DNA of 57,749 bases. Origin: Trichomonas gallinae (lineage: Eukaryota). Below the pieces are notes generated by a model. That model did no database searches, was not told the origin of the DNA, and saw only the letters and a list, made by a program, of their open reading frames with translations. This document shows, piece after piece, positions 52,387-57,749 of the stretch. The stretch is from assembly GCA_008369845.1 (NCBI GenBank), contig MRSU01009401.1, forward strand, positions 1-57,749, written 5' to 3'. The first letter of the stretch is position 1. Every line of letters begins with the position of its first letter. A program made the translations under genes and the position numbers.

Positions 52387-52785
52387 ATGAGCATCAAAAT
52401 GTCTTCTCCAAATCCCAGGAAAGTACACAGGAATTTTTTAAACCTAGAAGACAAGGAAGAAATTGAAAGACTCATGAAAAATGGTTTTGATGCAATTTAT
52501 ATTGCTAGCAAATTGCATCACAGTGAGAGACAAATTCAACAGGGGAATAATTCACCGACTAAGATAGCCAAGTTATTAGATAACAAAGCAGATTGGATGG
52601 TTAGAAACAGAATAAAACTGTTCAAGCGGAAAATTCACGGATTTGAGAATTTGTTGGACATTGATTTGTTTCTTGACCAATATCATAATAAAATGGAAGA
52701 AAAGAAATGCATAGATATATACGAATCCTTTGATATTGTCATGGAAATTTTCAAATTTGCAGAAAAGATGCAATTGATTGAGTAG
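52387..52785 (+). CDS. Myb-like (R2R3) protein with an apparent internal deletion; possibly a pseudogene
   Basis: F...ED...I..LM..G.....IASKL...ERQI (R2) is joined directly to QG...TKIAKLL..K..WMVRNR (second half of R3). Confidence 0.6.
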   Translation: MSIKMSSPNPRKVHRNFLNLEDKEEIERLMKNGFDAIYIASKLHHSERQIQQGNNSPTKIAKLLDNKADWMVRNRIKLFKRKIHGFENLLDIDLFLDQYHNKMEEKKCIDIYESFDIVMEIFKFAEKMQLIE

Positions 52786-53437
52786 ATTGATCCATTTTTG
52801 TTATTTAATATGTAAAACACCCGATTTACACAGATGATATATTGGTTTTATTAGGAATAAAATATTTCGAACAAGACATGCATCAAAATGGGAATTACTA
52901 CAATAAATACATTGATAATTTAATGTAACATAAAAATAATGATGGAAATATTAAGCTATGGATTGGTTGGTTTCAAAAAATGAAATATGAGGCCTAAAAT
53001 ATATTATATTTTGAGTAATATAAAATATCAGATATTATTTTCTCAACTTATTGACAACATATTCTGAAGTCTGATCGAGTTATAATGTTCTTGAATGCAT
53101 TGTTTTATTTCCGAAATTTAATGTTATGAGATTCATAAATATTGTGAGTTCGTTGCATAGATCTGGTAGACTTGCTCCGACAACATTATTCATTGCGTAT
53201 TTTCATTGTTTTTATGAATTCTTTTCAAGAGAAACAATTGGGAAAAAATTTATGAAAATTGGAAATCAAAAACACTAAGGGAATATTGTATGTGTCGAAT
53301 ATTGCGAACAAAAAATAGAAAAACTTGCGAAAAAATTATTGACTTCTCGAATATGAACTCTTCACAGAATGTCTCATCGAATGAACTTGTTTAAATTGAC
53401 TGACAATTCTTTCTGAAAAAATGGAAAGTGACACTCA

Positions 53438-54334
53438 ATGTCTGCTCCGATTAGGGATAATTCTCACGAGCAATCCCTAAGCCACTCGGATGACGCAGAC
53501 ACGACCAAATCTGGTGCGTCATCTCTGCCGAGGACGAATAGGCGAAATGGAGCAAGAGTTGCACGTATTGTTCAACAAGGAGTGGAATTGAATCAGCGGA
53601 TTTCGGATTTAATTGTAACTGGAACCACGCCAACAGTCAGACCTAGCTCATACCCACCCCTGGAGCCAAGTCCAGACATACCATCCTTTTTGAACAAATC
53701 ACAAGTACCTTGTAGAGGTCAGGTGATCAACGGACACATCTGTTTCCGCTTAATTCCTCAAATACCACGATTATTATGTCCATTTAACTTCACACACAGC
53801 ATAGGACATAATGTTGTTCTGGATTTCAAACCAAATAATGTTACTGTTCCTTATGTATTGAATGGAACACCATCAATATATAGTGGGAAAGAGGTTGATA
53901 TCACTAATATCCTCGTCAATGGGCAAAATGAATTATTAGTTAATACACAATCAGTTACCCTAGAAACAATGATATCAATCGAATGGAGAGATTTGGAATC
54001 CCCAGAATCTATTGTCAATAGGATCGTAAATGAAGGTCCGCATATGGAATTGCCTCCATTCAACTCTTATATCAGTGAAATATGTCCAATATCTCAAAAA
54101 ATTATCGTTTATCCTGGTCGTGGATCTATTTGTGCTCATTGCCAATGCTTTGACCTTTTAGCATTTTTAACTCACGCCCAGACCACAAACAACTGGAATT
54201 GTCCAATCTGTGGACAGATCCTCCGTCAAGACATGCTTAGGTTTGATCCGAGCTACTTGAAGAACTGTGGAAATATGCTAATTGGTGTTGATGATTTCAT
54301 GGTGGATGATGGTGGTGCAGCAGCATTTTTTTAA
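53438..54334 (+). CDS. MIZ/SP-RING zinc-finger protein (Siz/PIAS-type SUMO E3 ligase-like)
   Basis: ICPISQKIIVYPGRGSICAHCQCFDL...WNCPICG. Confidence 0.9.
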   Translation: MSAPIRDNSHEQSLSHSDDADTTKSGASSLPRTNRRNGARVARIVQQGVELNQRISDLIVTGTTPTVRPSSYPPLEPSPDIPSFLNKSQVPCRGQVINGHICFRLIPQIPRLLCPFNFTHSIGHNVVLDFKPNNVTVPYVLNGTPSIYSGKEVDITNILVNGQNELLVNTQSVTLETMISIEWRDLESPESIVNRIVNEGPHMELPPFNSYISEICPISQKIIVYPGRGSICAHCQCFDLLAFLTHAQTTNNWNCPICGQILRQDMLRFDPSYLKNCGNMLIGVDDFMVDDGGAAAFF

Positions 54335-54737
54335 TACTGCATGCTACTCGAATTATTCTCTTTTTTACAATTATAGATTATAGTATGTTTTTAGTTATGT
54401 AATAAAATTATGTTATATTTTGTTTTAGCGGTAGCAATCATTAACGTTTTATCCATGAATTTTAGAAACATGGATAAATATTTATGTCATTGAAATGATT
54501 CATTATTCATATAAAATATAATATCAGAAATATATTTGTTGTCAAAATCTCCTATAACTGATAATACAAAAAGATGTTATGATTAAAATGAGATTGAGCT
54601 ATGTCATGAAGTGTTTTGAAGAAATATTGATTGTCAAAAAAAAATTAGGATAAAGGGAATGGTGGTATCAAATATCCGTAGTCAATATTATAACGAGTGA
54701 TAAATAGAAATTTAAAAAAAGGAAAAAAATAAAACTT

Positions 54738-55352
54738 CTAGCAACATCCTTTCTTCTGCTTCGCCGGCGCAAGGTGATTCTTCTCCTTAACAGGCTCGTT
54801 AGCCTGGAAGATTGTAGAATAGCATTGAGCGGCTGTTTCGAAAAGGGCATGAACGCCATTTCCTGTTTTAGCAGAGGTAATAAGGAACTGTCTTGCGCCG
54901 TGCTTAGAAACAAGTTCACTACCGATATTATTTAATTTTGTTGTATCTTCGTTAGAGATTGTATCTCCCTTTGTTGCGACAATAAATATTATGCATTCTG
55001 GGACTTCAGCTCTAACTCTTGCAATCCAGTTTTCAACATTTGTGATACCACTCTCGTAATTGTCATTAGGTGTGGGCTCGAAGCATACGAAGGCAACTTG
55101 AGATTCTCTGTAAAACATTTGAGAAATTGCCTGGAACCTTTCTTGGCCGGCAGTATCCCAAATCTGGAGTTCTACTTTCTTTTTGTTTTCTACTTCGATG
55201 ATTGCGTTGCAAGAGGCTGGTGCAACTGTAGGTAAGGCCTGGTTTTCGAATGGATTGTCGAAGAAAGAACTTACCAAGCTTGTCTTACCGACACCGCTCG
55301 ATCCGACAAGAATAACTTTAATCGTGTAATCTGCGTCACTCTCTATTTCCAT
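54738..55352 (-). CDS. Rab-family small GTPase, divergent
   Basis: GSSGVGKTS, WDTAGQERF, TKGD, SAKTG, C-terminal GCC prenylation motif. Confidence 0.95.
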   Translation of the reverse strand: MEIESDADYTIKVILVGSSGVGKTSLVSSFFDNPFENQALPTVAPASCNAIIEVENKKKVELQIWDTAGQERFQAISQMFYRESQVAFVCFEPTPNDNYESGITNVENWIARVRAEVPECIIFIVATKGDTISNEDTTKLNNIGSELVSKHGARQFLITSAKTGNGVHALFETAAQCYSTIFQANEPVKEKNHLAPAKQKKGCC

Positions 55353-55360
55353 ATTAGTAT

Positions 55361-55408
55361 AATGAATCGATGTCTATCGTTATTTTGTAAAATCGCTTTT
55401 TTATCGTC
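55361..55408 (-). promoter_or_regulatory. Rab promoter: Inr plus Myb-recognition elements
   Basis: Minus-strand TCATT at 55361-55365, ATAACGATA at 55375-55383, and TATCGTC (+ strand) at 55402-55408. Confidence 0.55.
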
Positions 55409-55953
55409 GTGGCTCTAAAATATTTTTATTTTTCATTTTTGTTAGAACATTTAGAGTTTTTAGCAGCTAATAGATCTAAATTCATCGAAAAACCTTGATT
55501 TCATCAGATGAGTAAATTTTTTTTGTGGCGAATTGAAAAAAAAATACTTGTACGGTAGTAATATTAGAATAACAATGAAAATTTTAAACCGACATATAAA
55601 AAACTTCAAAAATTTTGAAAAACCAAAATATCGCGTTTTCATAGTAAACTATAATCAAAAATAAATGAATTTTTCAAATTTGAAGAGAATTTCGACCCCT
55701 GACAAATGATTTTGGCATTTTGAAATGAAGTATAAGTTGATAACAGTGTAAATATCGTTGAAACATAAGATTTTTGAGTTTCATTTTATCTACCGTTTAG
55801 AAAATTTTTGAGTGAAGCATTTTTTGATAAAAACTGACAATAATGTATTTGTAAAGTGTCAAAAATTAAAAGTATCAATTGTAAATTATGTAAGATCCAA
55901 GTTCGATTGACGCATGCATATTTTTTTACTTCCTTTTTGAATAGAATTTTCTT

Positions 55954-56244
55954 CAGGCGAAAATAATGGGAAGATGAGTAATCCCGAGGCGCTCGATAGA
56001 GCAATACGCTTACGTGATGGGCTAAAAAAGTAGTGATGGGGTTACGCTGCAGAAATTAGCTTGAAAATGGTGAATTTTTGATTTTAAAGCGGAGCAACTG
56101 ATGATGATCAAAATGCAAGCGAAGTGGAGCGCAGCGTTTGCAAAAGGAATTTTACAAACAATGTCAAAATCTACTCATCATTTTTTTCAAAAAATGCATC
56201 ACTCCCTGGTGCACCGCAGATATGGTAAGGGTCGCCCGTTTTTT
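55954..56244 (+). ncRNA. Candidate structured non-coding RNA, family unassigned
   Basis: GC-elevated non-coding island with many complementary pairs: 55973-80/56172-79, 56044-50/56131-37, 56059-63/56116-20, 56076-83/56106-13, 56032-38/56197-203, 55956-60/56232-36. Strand is inferred from purine-rich loops. Confidence 0.55.
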
Positions 56245-56378
56245 ATTATATTATTATATTTAAGATGGTACATAATAACGAGTTTGTAGCTCTCGGTTAT
56301 GTTGGTCGAATTAACGTCTATAAAAATTTGACAAGGTATCATTGAATTTGAAAGAAAAAGTGTTTAATATTTGGATGA

Positions 56379-57407
56379 ATGCATTCTTCGTCAAGTAGTT
56401 TGCATGCTCCAGATAAAAGCAATAAAAGCGATGGTAGTGATAGCCAGGACGTTGCTTTAGATATTTCAGCAGATGATAGCAGCTCAGATATAATTATTCA
56501 TAACAAATCAAAGAAAGATGCAAAAAAGCCGCCATCAAGAAATAGTAGGAAAAGAGTAAGAAGGTCTGCAAAAGATTTACCAAGAAATCCAAGTTTATCT
56601 GATTCGGGATCAGATACACAGAAAAATGAGGAAGAAGAACCAAAAAAGCAGCCATTTGAAACTCCTCAAAAGCCTGAATCACCGGTTAAGCAATCAAAAC
56701 CAGAAAAAGTTGAGATTCCAATCAAACCTGAGCCGCCTCAAAAAGATGAAGAAATTGCAATCATTATTCCGGCACCAGCAACAGTCAAATCCCTTACGTA
56801 TGCAATTACACGCATTAAACCTCGATTGAAAAGTGTTTATACATTTGAATTTTCGCAAATACCCCAGGAAAGTGATACACCGACACAGGTCGAAGAAGTC
56901 ATATACTCGGCTAAATGCAAAGGAAGATTTCCAAAATCGCCAATTCCTATTAATAAAGGAAAGGAGATTCACTTATCGAAAGCATCGGACTTTGTTCTTA
57001 TTCCAAGTAATAATGCTACTGTTTTTACACTCAAAAAAGCACTTTATGATATTCCAGCGCTTATGGATATATCCGTAAAATATAATATGCAAAATTTATT
57101 AAGACCGCGAACGATAACTGTTCATATAAACGCAGAATCTGGCATTCCGAAGCAAGATTTGGTGACAAGGACACCAAAAATGCTAAGAAACGGAATGTTC
57201 GCTCTAGATTTCCATAATAGATTCACAATTCCTAGCGAAAAGAATGCTATCTTCTATGATCAAAAGAATGGGCCAAGTTCTGCAGATATTTGCTCTGTTA
57301 GAAAAATTGGTCTCGATACTCTTGAAATTATTGCTAGTGAAAACCTTCCAAGCAATATTGTTTTCGGTATTGGATTAGTTCTATTTACTGCAGACCTTGG
57401 AGCTTGA
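56379..57407 (+). CDS. Tubby-like C-terminal domain protein with a disordered N-terminus
   Basis: PRTITVHI...LVTRTPK....FALDFHNRFTIPSEKNAIF...VRKIGLD resembles the Tub motif LNFHGRVT.ASVKNFQ...FGKVG.D. Confidence 0.75.
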   Translation: MHSSSSSLHAPDKSNKSDGSDSQDVALDISADDSSSDIIIHNKSKKDAKKPPSRNSRKRVRRSAKDLPRNPSLSDSGSDTQKNEEEEPKKQPFETPQKPESPVKQSKPEKVEIPIKPEPPQKDEEIAIIIPAPATVKSLTYAITRIKPRLKSVYTFEFSQIPQESDTPTQVEEVIYSAKCKGRFPKSPIPINKGKEIHLSKASDFVLIPSNNATVFTLKKALYDIPALMDISVKYNMQNLLRPRTITVHINAESGIPKQDLVTRTPKMLRNGMFALDFHNRFTIPSEKNAIFYDQKNGPSSADICSVRKIGLDTLEIIASENLPSNIVFGIGLVLFTADLGA

Positions 57408-57749
57408 ATAAATTATATTTTGTTTTGTTTTTGAATCAATTCCTAATTTTATTTGTCATTTTAGACTCTCAACCATATACTTTATGACATAAGCAATCAC
57501 TGATCGAATAATTATCTTATCATTGATTCCATATATAAATCAATGAAAATATATATAATATTTTATTTTACTAGTCCTAAATATTCATATACATATACTT
57601 ATATCACTTGAAATCAATTTTTTTTCCATTTGATAAAATCTGAATTATCAAAATATTCTGCAATTATATTATAGTCAGAAGAAAAAATGGCAAACGCGGG
57701 AAAAATAGGCAAACGCTACCTTAGAAGCATAATAGAGCCCCAAAACTCA

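Noticed and set aside
56044..56230. Group I intron (P/Q/R/S-like words such as TCAAAATCTA and AGATATGGT), SRP RNA (CGGAGCA) or spliceosomal snRNA (Sm-like AATTTTTG) as the identity of the structured element
   Set aside because: No proper P7 or G-binding pair and no host exon; no SRP helix-8 AGG/GNRA arrangement; no U1/U2/U5/U6 signature sequences.
1..57749. Maverick/Polinton, mariner or Mutator elements, tRNA/rRNA genes, spliceosomal introns
   Set aside because: No transposase, integrase or polB ORFs, long TIRs, cloverleafs or intron-split CDSs were recognised by eye. Short degenerate fragments could have been missed.

Overview
AT-rich, gene-dense, apparently intronless eukaryotic DNA, most consistent with a trichomonad (Trichomonas vaginalis-like). 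This is inferred from TCAYW initiators, AAAGTGAC motifs and Myb-recognition elements next to ATGs, TAAA stop/poly(A) overlaps, and the gene families present. The window holds about 25 genes: a partial mucin-like surface protein, alpha/beta hydrolase, VPS11, an LRR protein, URB2-like, GOT1, ACT-type threonine dehydratase, PP2A B56, two stand-alone bromodomains, an SCP/FCP phosphatase, a PSI membrane protein, a GT61-like protein, SAPS, a divergent CK2alpha, a divergent Spt5-like protein, an axonemal dynein heavy chain, an SP-RING protein, a Rab and a Tubby-like protein. There are also decayed genes (saposin-like, Myb, ankyrin fragment). No tRNA, rRNA, CRISPR or intact transposon was recognised. 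The best novel candidate is an unannotated ~290-nt, extensively base-paired, possibly pseudoknotted non-coding element at about 55950-56245. Other notable non-coding signals: a strand-asymmetric G-tract array in a divergent promoter, a 49-bp palindrome built from promoter-like motifs, a 50-bp-period Myb-site array upstream of threonine dehydratase, and a recurrent TGWCRYGTAAA motif. All family calls come from motif recognition by eye; no database search was run.
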